From the NCBI GenBank assembly GCA_003056265.1, contig NBVN01000002.1:570001-602000 (forward strand): a DNA stretch of 32,000 bases, written 5' to 3'. Position numbers and translations under genes: made by a program. The DNA comes from Zestosphaera tikiterensis (lineage in GTDB: Archaea > Thermoproteota > Thermoprotei_A > Sulfolobales > NBVN01). The notes beneath the pieces are model-generated. The model worked only from the letters and a program-made list of their open reading frames with translations, had not been told where the DNA came from and searched no databases. Shown here one piece after another: positions 15,254 through 24,579 of this stretch. Within the stretch, counting starts at the first letter, position 1; each line of letters opens with the position of its first letter.

Positions 15254-16645
15254 GTGGTGTGGGTGGGTGTTAAGTTTATTGCTTCGTTAGGCCCTGCCTC
15301 AAACACCTACAGCGTTATTAGGGGGTTGGCTGAAGCCGGAGTTTCCGGCTTTAGAGTTAACTTAGCTCATGGTGATGAGGTTTTATGGCGTAAGTTAATA
15401 CGTTTGGTTAGATCTGTTGAGAGGGATTTAAGCGGGTTTTACTCTGTTATCGTTGATTTACGCGGTCCTTCGATTAGGTTGGGCGTGTTTAACGACGTAA
15501 TTAACGTTAAAGCAGGGGATAGAGTAGTTTTTAGTTTGGAGGGGTTTTCTAAAGTTGATAAGAGGGTGCCGCTACCTAACGAGGTTGTTGTGAGGGGTGT
15601 AGCTCCAGACGATTTAATAGTTATGGATGACGGTAGGGTTAGGTTTAGAGTAGTTGCTGTTAAGGACTCGGAGTTTGTAGCTGAGGCTTTAACAGACGGT
15701 GTTTTAAGGTCTGGCAAGAGCTTAGCTTTCCCAGACAGAGACTTCAACCTACCTGTCTTAAGTGAGAAAGACGTTAAGGATTTGAAGGTAGTGTGTAGTG
15801 AGGGTGTAGATTACGTAGGTGTAAGCTTGGTTAAGAATGAACGCGATTTAAAATACGTTCGTGAGGTTTTAGAAGGTATTGAATGCGATGCTCTACTAAT
15901 ATCCAAAATAGAGACTAAGCAAGCCATTAAGAACTTAAGTGAAGTAGTTAAAGCTTCCGACGCTGTTTTAGTTGCTAGAGGTGATTTAGGCATGAACTTC
16001 GGGCTTGAGGAAATACCGATACTTCAGAAGAAGGTTGTTAACGAAGCTTTAAAGCAAGGCAAGCCGGTGATCGTCGCAACGCAGCTGCTTGAGTCAATGA
16101 TAAACAACCCAGTACCGACGAGAGCTGAAGTAGTTGACGTAGCTAACGCCGTTTTAGAAGGTGTAGACGCTTTAATGCTTACTGGGGAGACCGCCGTAGG
16201 TAACTACCCGCTTGAAGCCGTGAGATGGCTTAAGAGAATAGCTGATAAGATAGAAAGCGCTTACGTGATTGAAGCACCGCGCGTCACAGAAACTTTAAAG
16301 AGAAGATACGCTAAAGGAGTTACGGAACTTGCTGAAGACCTCAACGGTAAGCTACTCATATACTCCATGAAAGGCACTACAGCATACGCTATATCATCGC
16401 TAAGGCCTAAGATAGAAACGTACGTAGGCGTACCAACACCTAAAATAGCTAGAAAGCTAGCAATCCTATGGGGTCTTGAAACACGCGTTATAGAAGCGAA
16501 AGATTACTACGAAGGTCTTGAGAAACTCTACGTGGAGCTACTGAATGAAGGAAAGCTTAAAGAAGGTGATATAGCGCTCTTAACCTACGGCTTTAAAGAC
16601 TACGAACAATTAATCAAGATAAGGCAGGTGGTGAGAGGTAAATAG
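15254..16645 (+). CDS. pyk: Pyruvate kinase
   Basis: IASLGPAS, FRVNLAHG, ISKIET, VARGDLG, ATQLLESM and MLTGETAVG motifs occur in canonical order, plus a C-terminal regulatory-type domain. The GTG start is ambiguous (15254, 15257 or 15263). Confidence 0.9.
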   Translation: MVWVGVKFIASLGPASNTYSVIRGLAEAGVSGFRVNLAHGDEVLWRKLIRLVRSVERDLSGFYSVIVDLRGPSIRLGVFNDVINVKAGDRVVFSLEGFSKVDKRVPLPNEVVVRGVAPDDLIVMDDGRVRFRVVAVKDSEFVAEALTDGVLRSGKSLAFPDRDFNLPVLSEKDVKDLKVVCSEGVDYVGVSLVKNERDLKYVREVLEGIECDALLISKIETKQAIKNLSEVVKASDAVLVARGDLGMNFGLEEIPILQKKVVNEALKQGKPVIVATQLLESMINNPVPTRAEVVDVANAVLEGVDALMLTGETAVGNYPLEAVRWLKRIADKIESAYVIEAPRVTETLKRRYAKGVTELAEDLNGKLLIYSMKGTTAYAISSLRPKIETYVGVPTPKIARKLAILWGLETRVIEAKDYYEGLEKLYVELLNEGKLKEGDIALLTYGFKDYEQLIKIRQVVRGK

Positions 16646-16710
16646 GACTTATAAGCTTAAAACACATTTCTTTATAAACATGGCGAATAATTTAATGGAG
16701 TGTGTTAAGT

Positions 16711-17487
16711 ATGTCTAAAAGCAAGAAGGAAACAGGTAAGGTAATTAAGAAGAAAACCCATAGGAGGGTGTCCCTACCTAAGCTCATGCGGTTAGACGTG
16801 ATGATTTTAGGTATTATAGTATTGTTAATCGTTGTTGGGGTGTACCTCATATTCTTTCCATCACCTACTTTAACCGCTACCTCACCCCCGAAACCTCCGC
16901 TACAGCAAATTAGGGAAGGTGTTAAGGCGGTCTTCACAGATAAGAACCTATCGGCTAGCTTAACCCTAACTTATAGGGTTAGGGGGGCATACCCGCTTGA
17001 GAACTCTACGTTATCCGTCTTAGATTACGTATACTTCCTCATGGGCTACGATAACGTAACCGGCAGTAACTACGTTGACTTCAGTTCAGCACCGTACCTG
17101 CAGCCCTTCTTCAGGGGTTTAGGCTTAACTATGGTTGTCGTAGGTAATACCACTAGGTTGCCGTTGATAGATAGCCCTAGAGAAATTCTATTTAACACGA
17201 AGGTGCTGTCCCACCTCAACATTAGCTATCAAAACTACGGTAAGGAAAGAGATGACGTGATAACCCTAAAGATATCTAACATGGATGGATCGGCTTCCGA
17301 AACAATAACACGTGAAGTTGAAATCGTTAAATACGGGTTGACGGTAAACATCGCAAACACTACTTCAAGGGATGTTAAAGCATTTCTATGGGTGGATAAG
17401 GAGTTTCAAATACCTCTTAAGGCTGAATACGTAATAGACGACAAATACGTCTTAACGCTTGTTTTAGAGGCTGTTAGGAAGGCTTAA
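16711..17487 (+). CDS. Membrane-anchored extracellular protein, unknown function, rich in N-glycosylation sequons
   Basis: Basic N-terminus, one TM helix (VMILGIIVLLIVVGVYLIFF), then a domain with 6 N-x-S/T sequons (NLS, NST, NVT, NTT, NIS, NTT). ATG 16711 is preferred over GTG 16702. Confidence 0.55.
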   Translation: MSKSKKETGKVIKKKTHRRVSLPKLMRLDVMILGIIVLLIVVGVYLIFFPSPTLTATSPPKPPLQQIREGVKAVFTDKNLSASLTLTYRVRGAYPLENSTLSVLDYVYFLMGYDNVTGSNYVDFSSAPYLQPFFRGLGLTMVVVGNTTRLPLIDSPREILFNTKVLSHLNISYQNYGKERDDVITLKISNMDGSASETITREVEIVKYGLTVNIANTTSRDVKAFLWVDKEFQIPLKAEYVIDDKYVLTLVLEAVRKA

Positions 17488-17489
17488 CT

Positions 17490-18284
17490 TTAAGGTATTG
17501 GAAAACCTAAACCCTTAAGAACCATCCTAGCCGCTATAAACCATAGAACTACGGCAAACCACCTCCTTAAAGCTTTAGGTCGAGTTTTCTTAGCTGTTCT
17601 AGCACCTAGCTGAGCCCCTAAGATTAAAGTTGGCGTTAAAGCAACGAGCATGTATAAATCCACATTACCTAAGGTGTAATGGGTAGTAGCCGACGTAATT
17701 GAAGTGAACGTTATGGTAAAGCTTGATGTCGCTACCGCGTAATGTATGGGGACATTCAGCGAAACCAGTAGTGGAACGTTAACAACGCCACCGCCAACAC
17801 CTAAAAAACCTGCGAGTAACCCTGCCAACGCACCTCCAGCTATTAAAGCAACGGATTTCCTGAAGCTCAACTCTAACACCTTACTTAAATCACCACCTGA
17901 GGTGGAACCTCCACTGCGCGAGTCGTTTGACTTAACTACTCTAAACCCTACGAAAAACAGTACAAACCCGAAAACTACTCTAATTACGTTTGGATCTACA
18001 ACCTTAGTTAGTTGAGCTCCGTAATACGCCGTAATTAAAGCTGGTGCTGCCAACAGAAAACCGGCCTTATAAAGAACGAACTTATACCTTGAATACGCTA
18101 ATGCCGACGAAAGCATGTTGAAGAATATGGCTGCCGCGGAAGTTCCTACAGCTATGCGCATATCAACACCTAAGATATTCATTAACGGAACCATAATGAA
18201 CCCGCCGCCCAACCCAAACATAGAGCCTAGAAAACCTGCTGTGAACCCTACGAAACATAACGCTATGGTTAACCAGGTAAGCAT
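17490..18284 (-). CDS. TauE/SafE family sulfite/anion exporter-like membrane protein
   Basis: 264 aa. Two homologous halves each carry the GxGGG motif (MFGLGGGFIMVPL and FLGVGGGVVNVPL). About 8 TM segments. Confidence 0.8.
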   Translation of the reverse strand: MLTWLTIALCFVGFTAGFLGSMFGLGGGFIMVPLMNILGVDMRIAVGTSAAAIFFNMLSSALAYSRYKFVLYKAGFLLAAPALITAYYGAQLTKVVDPNVIRVVFGFVLFFVGFRVVKSNDSRSGGSTSGGDLSKVLELSFRKSVALIAGGALAGLLAGFLGVGGGVVNVPLLVSLNVPIHYAVATSSFTITFTSITSATTHYTLGNVDLYMLVALTPTLILGAQLGARTAKKTRPKALRRWFAVVLWFIAARMVLKGLGFPIP

Positions 18285-18377
18285 TCTTTTACCCCCACGT
18301 TAAAGTTACTGCTTATCTTTAAAAGTACATTCCTCAGAAATATGTCGGAAGTAAACTAATAATTAGGTGTTAAGGGA

Positions 18378-19319
18378 TTGGAAGTTGCTGTTAAAATAAG
18401 GAAGCTTGTTAAGAGGTTTGGAAACACCGTAGCTGTAGACTCTCTAGACTTAGACATAAACGAGGGGGAGATCTTCGGTCTTTTAGGTCCTAACGGATCA
18501 GGTAAAACAACGACTTTGTTGATAATCTCAACGGTTTATAAACCAACTTCAGGTGAGGTTTACGTTTACGGACATGACGTAATACGTGAAGGTGATGTTG
18601 TAAGGAAGTACGTTGGGATAGCGTTTCAAGAGCCTAAAGCACTTTGGGTTGATAAGCCTTACGAGCTACTGCTTTGGCATGCTAGAGTCGTTGGCTACTC
18701 AACATCTGAAGCGAGGGAGGTAGTTAAAAACGTTATGGAGGTTTTAGGTCTTTGGGAGCATAGAAATAAATACTTCTATCAACTTAGTGGCGGGACTAGG
18801 AAGAAGGTTGAGATAGCTAAAGTACTTATTCAAAAACCTAAGATAGCTATCTTCGATGAACCAACAGCTCAGGTTGACGTCATATCAAAACATGCTTTAT
18901 GGGACGCTATAAGGGAGTTAAGGACTCAAGGATCTACGGTGATAATCGCCACTAACGACATGTTTGAAGCTGAAAGGATGTGTGAGAGGATAGCTATAAT
19001 ATATAAGGGCAAGCTTAAAGCTTTAGGAACTGTAGAGGAGCTTAAGGACTCCATACCTGAAGGCGACATCGTTGAGTTAATGCTTGATGGGGATGAAAAC
19101 ACTTACTTAAGAGCTGAAGACCTTCTTAAACAGTACGGCAAAACAGTAAGAAGTAACGACTCATTAAAGATTTTCTTAAACAAGGGTGAGGAAAGAGCTA
19201 TTGAAATTCTAGACTTGCTTAAGTCTAGAGGGTTTAAAATACGGAAGATAATGGTTAAAGAACCAAGCTTAGACGACGTCTTCTTCTACATGACCGGAGC
19301 TAAGCTTAAGGAGGGGTGA
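18378..19319 (+). CDS. ABC transporter ATP-binding protein (ABC-2/DrrA-like exporter type)
   Basis: Walker A GPNGSGKTT, Q-loop, signature LSGGTRKK, Walker B IAIFDEPT, plus a C-terminal extra domain. TTG start. Confidence 0.9.
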   Translation: MEVAVKIRKLVKRFGNTVAVDSLDLDINEGEIFGLLGPNGSGKTTTLLIISTVYKPTSGEVYVYGHDVIREGDVVRKYVGIAFQEPKALWVDKPYELLLWHARVVGYSTSEAREVVKNVMEVLGLWEHRNKYFYQLSGGTRKKVEIAKVLIQKPKIAIFDEPTAQVDVISKHALWDAIRELRTQGSTVIIATNDMFEAERMCERIAIIYKGKLKALGTVEELKDSIPEGDIVELMLDGDENTYLRAEDLLKQYGKTVRSNDSLKIFLNKGEERAIEILDLLKSRGFKIRKIMVKEPSLDDVFFYMTGAKLKEG

Positions 19320-19321
19320 GC

Positions 19322-20128
19322 ATGAATCTAAACACGTTAAGAGCGCTATACCTACTCATCCTTTGGGACTTGAATAAAATGCTTAGGAGGGCGGTTTTCG
19401 TAGCTATGCGTGTTATTTGGTTTGTAATTCAAGTCACGGTCTTCGGTTTAGCCCTCACCGCCATGGTTAGGTTAAGAGGTTCTCTTCCGGTGGATGTGAA
19501 CTATTACGAGTTCTACTTACTTGGCATATATACCTCAATGCTTTTCTCGATTAGCGTTTCACGAGCTTACGACATAGCTGAAGAATTTGAGGAAGGTATT
19601 GTAGAGTATCACTTATCACTTCCAATAAGTAGGAGGGTTTTCGCCGTAGGTAGAACTATAGGCGGCGGAATAGCTTCCTTCCTATTTACGCTTCCAATGT
19701 TTGCTGTGGTTTTATGGCTTTTAGAAGACGTTAACGTTGAAGCAGTGATTATATCACTATCTAGTGCTTTATTATTTGCTATGTCCATCACCGGCTTCGT
19801 GCTTTCCATAGTCTTAAGTCTGAAGTCCGGGGACGCTACAGACATAATGTTCGGTGTGTTGGATTCTCTACTTATAAGGCTCTCCACAGTTTTCTACCCG
19901 GCGGTTGTTTTAAGTAGGTACGCCCCCTATCTCTACGTAGCGTTGGTAAACCCTATATCGCATATAGCTGACTTCCTTAGGACACTTTTTCTTTTTGAAG
20001 AATATAGAGCGATAGCTATAGCCTCGCCGATAGCTATGGCGTCATACATACTAGGTCTTGCCGTAGGGTTCTCGAGCTTAGCCATGTATATAGTGGAGAA
20101 AAAGGTTGAAGGGGGTGGTTGGAGATAG
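19322..20128 (+). CDS. ABC-2 type transporter permease
   Basis: About 6 TM segments. The start lies 2 nt after the ATPase stop and is preceded by AAGGAGGGG. The ORF also opens at GTG 19316. Confidence 0.75.
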   Translation: MNLNTLRALYLLILWDLNKMLRRAVFVAMRVIWFVIQVTVFGLALTAMVRLRGSLPVDVNYYEFYLLGIYTSMLFSISVSRAYDIAEEFEEGIVEYHLSLPISRRVFAVGRTIGGGIASFLFTLPMFAVVLWLLEDVNVEAVIISLSSALLFAMSITGFVLSIVLSLKSGDATDIMFGVLDSLLIRLSTVFYPAVVLSRYAPYLYVALVNPISHIADFLRTLFLFEEYRAIAIASPIAMASYILGLAVGFSSLAMYIVEKKVEGGGWR

Positions 20129-20898
20129 TGGGGTATTTAAGCGCTGCTTGGACCGTCGCTTCAAGAGATATATCCAGGTTTTGGAAGTATAGGTTCTGGC
20201 TTGCCGGTCAACTAGCTATGAACTTAGCTGACGTGTTTATATTCGCGTTAGTTTTCAACAACATAGTTAATAAGGCATACATACCTGACTATCTGAAGTT
20301 CATGACGCCCGGCGTAGCAGCAATAGCTACTTTCGCAGCGGCTTTCTCCATAGGTAGGGAGGTAGGCGTTGAGATAAGGAGGGAAGTTACGCAGTATCTA
20401 CTCTCCCTACCTATGTCGAGAAGCGCCTTCGTCTTCGGGAGGATCTTAGGCGGTGCTTTAAGGGGTATGATATACCAGGTTTCGTTTCTGGTTTTAGCTG
20501 CGTTGATAGTTAACGTCCCTACAACAACTAAAGCCCTCTACATAGCCTTAACGACTGTCATGCTCACGTTCTCCATGTCTAGCCTAGCCATAGCTATCTC
20601 CACATCAACTAAAGACTTCAACCTTCAAGCAACCCTTAGGGCTTTAACGTATTACATACTCTTCTTCCTTTCAAACGTGTTCTACCCTAAGGAAGTCCTA
20701 GCCATGAGGTTTCCACCTCAAATACTTCAGATAGTGATCAACACCCCAGTCTCCTTAGCCTCAGACATATATAGATGGGGGTTTGGATACTACGAAAACG
20801 TAGATGCCGTAAGTAAAATCCTCCTCCTACTTATATGGAGCTTAACCCTAACGACGTTAGCTTCGTTAGCGTACTTAAGAAACTTAACTAAGCAATAA
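20119..20898 (+). CDS. ABC-2 type transporter permease (second subunit)
   Basis: About 6 TM segments, paralogous in layout to the preceding permease (LSLPxSR motif in both). The start is TTG 20119, or GTG 20128 overlapping the upstream stop. Confidence 0.75.
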   Translation: MEIVGYLSAAWTVASRDISRFWKYRFWLAGQLAMNLADVFIFALVFNNIVNKAYIPDYLKFMTPGVAAIATFAAAFSIGREVGVEIRREVTQYLLSLPMSRSAFVFGRILGGALRGMIYQVSFLVLAALIVNVPTTTKALYIALTTVMLTFSMSSLAIAISTSTKDFNLQATLRALTYYILFFLSNVFYPKEVLAMRFPPQILQIVINTPVSLASDIYRWGFGYYENVDAVSKILLLLIWSLTLTTLASLAYLRNLTKQ

Positions 20899-21085
20899 GC
20901 ATCCATAGTAAAACCTCCTTACCTACGTTCTAAAGAATGAAGCTCACAACCATGAAAGAGAAAGAAAGCAATGTATCTTCACCGAACTAACGTTTAACAT
21001 AATTTTGAAGTGTTAGACTTGCTGTAAGTCATAGAAGACGATCATAGAGAAAACCCACCAAAACTGTTTAAGCGCTCCGTACACA

Positions 21086-21098
21086 TCATATTTAAAAA
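21086..21098 (+). promoter_or_regulatory. A/T-rich TATA-like element upstream of the membrane operon
   Basis: TCATATTTAAAAA lies 14-26 nt upstream of ATG 21112, implying a leaderless or very short leader transcript. The exact box is uncertain. Confidence 0.3.
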
Positions 21099-21111
21099 TT
21101 TATAAACCTCT

Positions 21112-22029
21112 ATGAACATATCTTTTGAGGTGATTAAAGCGTCACCGCAAGCTAAAAATAAACTTCTAGCGCTAGCTATAATAGTTATACTGTTAGTAAC
21201 GGTAATAGTTGTAGGTGCTTTACTTAAAGTTAAGTTATTCAATCCTAAGGTTCCCGTATCTTCATTCGTTATATTAGCAACTCTGTTAATCGTTGGTTAC
21301 TTATTCATGATTCAAGCTATGGAGGGCGTAACCTTCCCTGTGAGGAAGATAAGCGCTTTTGATGCTATTGAGGAGGGTGTGGCTAGGTCTGTAGAGATGG
21401 GCAGGCCTGTACACGTCACCATAGGTTATGGAACTATATCCTCGTCTATGGCCCCCCAGTACGTAGCTGGTTTAGGTGTTTTAGCCCACGTTGCTAGGTT
21501 GGCTGGTAAGTACGGAGCTAAACTCATAGCTACTTTAGGCGTTCCTGAAGCTATAGCTAGCGTTGAAGAACTGGTTAGAGACGGGTATTACTCGGCTGGA
21601 AGGCCGGAACTCTATAACCCAACATATAACGTTAGATACTTTACAGATCAGCAGTTTGCGTATGCGTCGGCAGTTCAGGCAACTATAGTTAGGGAGAATG
21701 TGGGGGCGAATATTGTAGTGGGTCCGTTCTACGCTGAATCACTGATATTCATGGAGGCAGGCAATATGACTGGAGCGTTTCAAATAGCTGGAACAGCACG
21801 TGAAACCCAAATACCTTTCTTCGTAATCACAGCTGACTATGCTTTCATCGGCGAGGAGATTTTCGCTGCTGGCGCTTTAGCTTCAGGTGATAGAGTGGTT
21901 TTAGCGTCTATTAGAGGTCAAGACTTAGGTAAGTTAATCACGATAGCGCTTGTGGTCTTAGGCATTATATTGTTGGGGTTAGGTCTTAAGCTAAGTGATT
22001 GGCTTAACTGGGTTTGGACTGTGGGGTGA
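21112..22029 (+). CDS. Unknown membrane protein B1: N-terminal TM helices, soluble domain of about 200 aa, C-terminal TM helix
   Basis: 305-aa ORF with hydrophobic segments at both ends and a G/A-rich soluble core (GRPVHVTIGYG...AGKYGAKLIATLG). I recognise no catalytic motif. Confidence 0.6.
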   Translation: MNISFEVIKASPQAKNKLLALAIIVILLVTVIVVGALLKVKLFNPKVPVSSFVILATLLIVGYLFMIQAMEGVTFPVRKISAFDAIEEGVARSVEMGRPVHVTIGYGTISSSMAPQYVAGLGVLAHVARLAGKYGAKLIATLGVPEAIASVEELVRDGYYSAGRPELYNPTYNVRYFTDQQFAYASAVQATIVRENVGANIVVGPFYAESLIFMEAGNMTGAFQIAGTARETQIPFFVITADYAFIGEEIFAAGALASGDRVVLASIRGQDLGKLITIALVVLGIILLGLGLKLSDWLNWVWTVG

Positions 22030-22034
22030 GTTGA

Positions 22035-22724
22035 ATGAGCTTGGTTGTTAGGAGGGTATTACCTCAATTCATCGTGAGCTTAGTGATAATACTTATGCTG
22101 ATCTTCTACTTCTTCTATATAAACGATGACGTAGCTAAGACGTTCTCAGCAGACGATAAAGCTTTAAGTGATTGGGCTGTGATAATATCCTCCTTCGCTT
22201 TAATCGTCGGTGGTGTTGACATATTCAGGTTCCACTTAACGCAGCTTAGGAGGGGTGGCTTAAAGCAAGCGCCTTTCAGCGTAGTTACGTTGATTGCTGA
22301 GCTAACTATGGTTGTTTTCGGCGCTTACGGTCTAGCTTTAAGCTATTTAAACCCCGCTTTAGGCATAACAATAACAACTCAACCTCAGTTTAGGTGGTTA
22401 TACACGTATGTTTACGCACCAAGCGACTCCGCCATGTATTCCATACTAGTGTTTTATATAGCGTCAGCATCATATAGAGCCTTCAGGGTTAGAAATCCTA
22501 TGGCTTTACTACTACTTATAGTGGCGATAATAGTTATGTTAGGTAATACCAGCTTAGGAGCGTTGATATGGCCTGGATTCCTGCCTTTAAGGGATTGGAT
22601 TATGACAATACCTAATACCGCCGCTTTTAGACCTATAACGATAGGTGCTGGGTTAGGCGTCATAATACTAGGGCTTAGGATGCTTGTATGGAGAGAAGTT
22701 AGCTGGATGGGTAGGAGGGAGTAG
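22035..22724 (+). CDS. Unknown polytopic membrane protein B2
   Basis: 229 aa with about 6 hydrophobic segments. ATG lies 5 nt after the B1 stop, with GGGGTGAG upstream. Confidence 0.6.
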   Translation: MSLVVRRVLPQFIVSLVIILMLIFYFFYINDDVAKTFSADDKALSDWAVIISSFALIVGGVDIFRFHLTQLRRGGLKQAPFSVVTLIAELTMVVFGAYGLALSYLNPALGITITTQPQFRWLYTYVYAPSDSAMYSILVFYIASASYRAFRVRNPMALLLLIVAIIVMLGNTSLGALIWPGFLPLRDWIMTIPNTAAFRPITIGAGLGVIILGLRMLVWREVSWMGRRE

Positions 22725-22726
22725 CC

Positions 22727-23578
22727 ATGAGTTTCCTGAGTAAAGTTGAGAAAGTTTTAAGTGCGAGGGAACTTCTATATACGTTACTCTTAGTAGCTGT
22801 TATAGCTCCTATACTCTCACCTATAGGCTTACCCATAGGTATTTCAAGCAGAACTAGGGACGTATATAACTATATAGAGAATAACTTAAAGCCCGGTTGC
22901 CATGTCTACGTGGAGGTCTATTATGAAGTAGCGGCGCGAGGTGAGTTAGAGCCTGCCTTAATGGCTTTAACTAAGCAATTCTTCGATAAAGGATGTAAGA
23001 TCGTGTATGGGTCCTTGATTTCAACAGGCCCTATAGTGTTCTCGCTAATGTTGGCTGGTGCGCCAGACATATTTGCCGGTAAGGAATATGGTAAGGATTA
23101 TGTGTTCTTAGGCTACATCTCCGGTGGTGAGTCAGCAGCAGCTTCATTAGCTAAGAGTATTAAAGGCACTGTAAAAGTAGACAACTACGGCAACCCGCTT
23201 GAGACCTTACCGCTTATGAAGGAGGTCGATTCAGCAACAGACTTCGACTTAGTTGTTATAGTGTCTTCCGGGACGGATACATTTAATTACTACGTAAGGC
23301 AGTGGTACACACCATACCATACGCCGCTGTTGTTCGCAGCTTTAAGCGTTATAGCACCCTCCATAGAACCTTTCGTCGGTGCTAAACAAGCTATCGGCAT
23401 GATAGTAGGTCAAAGAGGTGCTGCTGAGTATGAATTACTAGTCGGTAGGAAGGGTTTAGGGATAGCTTCGATGGACGCTCAAAGCATCTCGCATTTGCTG
23501 ATAATAGTCTTCATAGTTTTAGGTAACGTAGTGTACTGGGGTATGAGGGTTACTTCCCGCGGAGGTGGTAGGAAATGA
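22727..23578 (+). CDS. Unknown membrane protein B3: N-terminal TM, soluble domain, C-terminal TM (architecture like B1)
   Basis: 283 aa. ATG lies 2 nt after the B2 stop, with AGGAGGGAG upstream. The C-terminal segment DAQSISHLLIIVFIVLG parallels RGQDLGKLITIALVVLG of B1. Confidence 0.6.
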   Translation: MSFLSKVEKVLSARELLYTLLLVAVIAPILSPIGLPIGISSRTRDVYNYIENNLKPGCHVYVEVYYEVAARGELEPALMALTKQFFDKGCKIVYGSLISTGPIVFSLMLAGAPDIFAGKEYGKDYVFLGYISGGESAAASLAKSIKGTVKVDNYGNPLETLPLMKEVDSATDFDLVVIVSSGTDTFNYYVRQWYTPYHTPLLFAALSVIAPSIEPFVGAKQAIGMIVGQRGAAEYELLVGRKGLGIASMDAQSISHLLIIVFIVLGNVVYWGMRVTSRGGGRK

Positions 23579-24300
23579 TTAGTTGGGAAGTTTTAGGTGC
23601 TTGGTTAGGCGCTGCTTTAGTGGTTTGGATATACAGCTTTGTCTATAGGGACAACGTGTTCTATAAGTTCGCAGAACATCTCTTTGTAGGTGTTGCGGCA
23701 GGTTATTCGATATCTTTAGCGTTAGATAGCCTTAATAGAGTGGCTATAAAGCCTTTATCGACGAACCCTGCTGTTTCATGGCATTACGTAATAGCGATTA
23801 TCTTAGGTTTACTCATGTTTATGAAATACTCTAAAAAGTATTACTGGTTGGCTAGGTATGGTGTAGGTGTTAACATAGCTGTGGGGACTGCCTTAGCGTT
23901 GAGAACCACGCCTATGGCTAACATAGTTAGACAAATAACGGCTACGATACTACCTCTATGGACGCCAGACCCCGTAACAACCCTTAATAACTGGCTCCTA
24001 GTCTTGATAACTTTAGGCGGTCTTACGTACTTCCTCTTTACGATATTCCCGAAAAAACCTGAAGCTGGTAAGCCCTCACTACCGTACTACGTCTATAGGG
24101 TACTTTACACGATAGGAATCTACGGAATGATGGTAGGTTTCGGTGCGTTATTCGCTAACACCATAATGACTAGAGTAGGGTTCTTAATCAGCATATATCT
24201 GCAGTACCTTCAACCTAACGCTTGGGCTTCTATAACTGCTGCTTTACTTGCGGCGATAGCTATAATAGCGGGTATAGTAATGGGTAGGAGTAGGAAATGA
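23575..24300 (+). CDS. Unknown polytopic membrane protein B4
   Basis: 241 aa with about 6 hydrophobic segments. ATGA start/stop overlap with B3. Confidence 0.6.
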   Translation: MISWEVLGAWLGAALVVWIYSFVYRDNVFYKFAEHLFVGVAAGYSISLALDSLNRVAIKPLSTNPAVSWHYVIAIILGLLMFMKYSKKYYWLARYGVGVNIAVGTALALRTTPMANIVRQITATILPLWTPDPVTTLNNWLLVLITLGGLTYFLFTIFPKKPEAGKPSLPYYVYRVLYTIGIYGMMVGFGALFANTIMTRVGFLISIYLQYLQPNAWASITAALLAAIAIIAGIVMGRSRK

Positions 24301-24554
24301 CTGAGGAAGTACCTGAAGACGTGTTGATAGATAAGATAGCGCGGAAGGTAGTTGAATCAAAACTTGAAACTATAGTTATTTTTTTCTTAGAAACTATAGG
24401 TCCTATGGGTAGACTCTGGTCTCAAATCGCTCGTATCTACTTACAACCACTATTAATACTTTTAGGTTCATATAGCGAAGCTTTTTTAAAGATCCTTCAA
24501 GACCCTGACAAGGTGGAGAAGCTAGTAGCTAAGATAGAACAGTTAAGCAGTTAA
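24297..24554 (+). CDS. Small acidic/amphipathic protein B5, unknown function
   Basis: 85 aa. ATGA start/stop overlap with B4. Confidence 0.5.
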   Translation: MTEEVPEDVLIDKIARKVVESKLETIVIFFLETIGPMGRLWSQIARIYLQPLLILLGSYSEAFLKILQDPDKVEKLVAKIEQLSS

Positions 24555-24579
24555 TAGATGTCAAAAATATTAATTAAGT

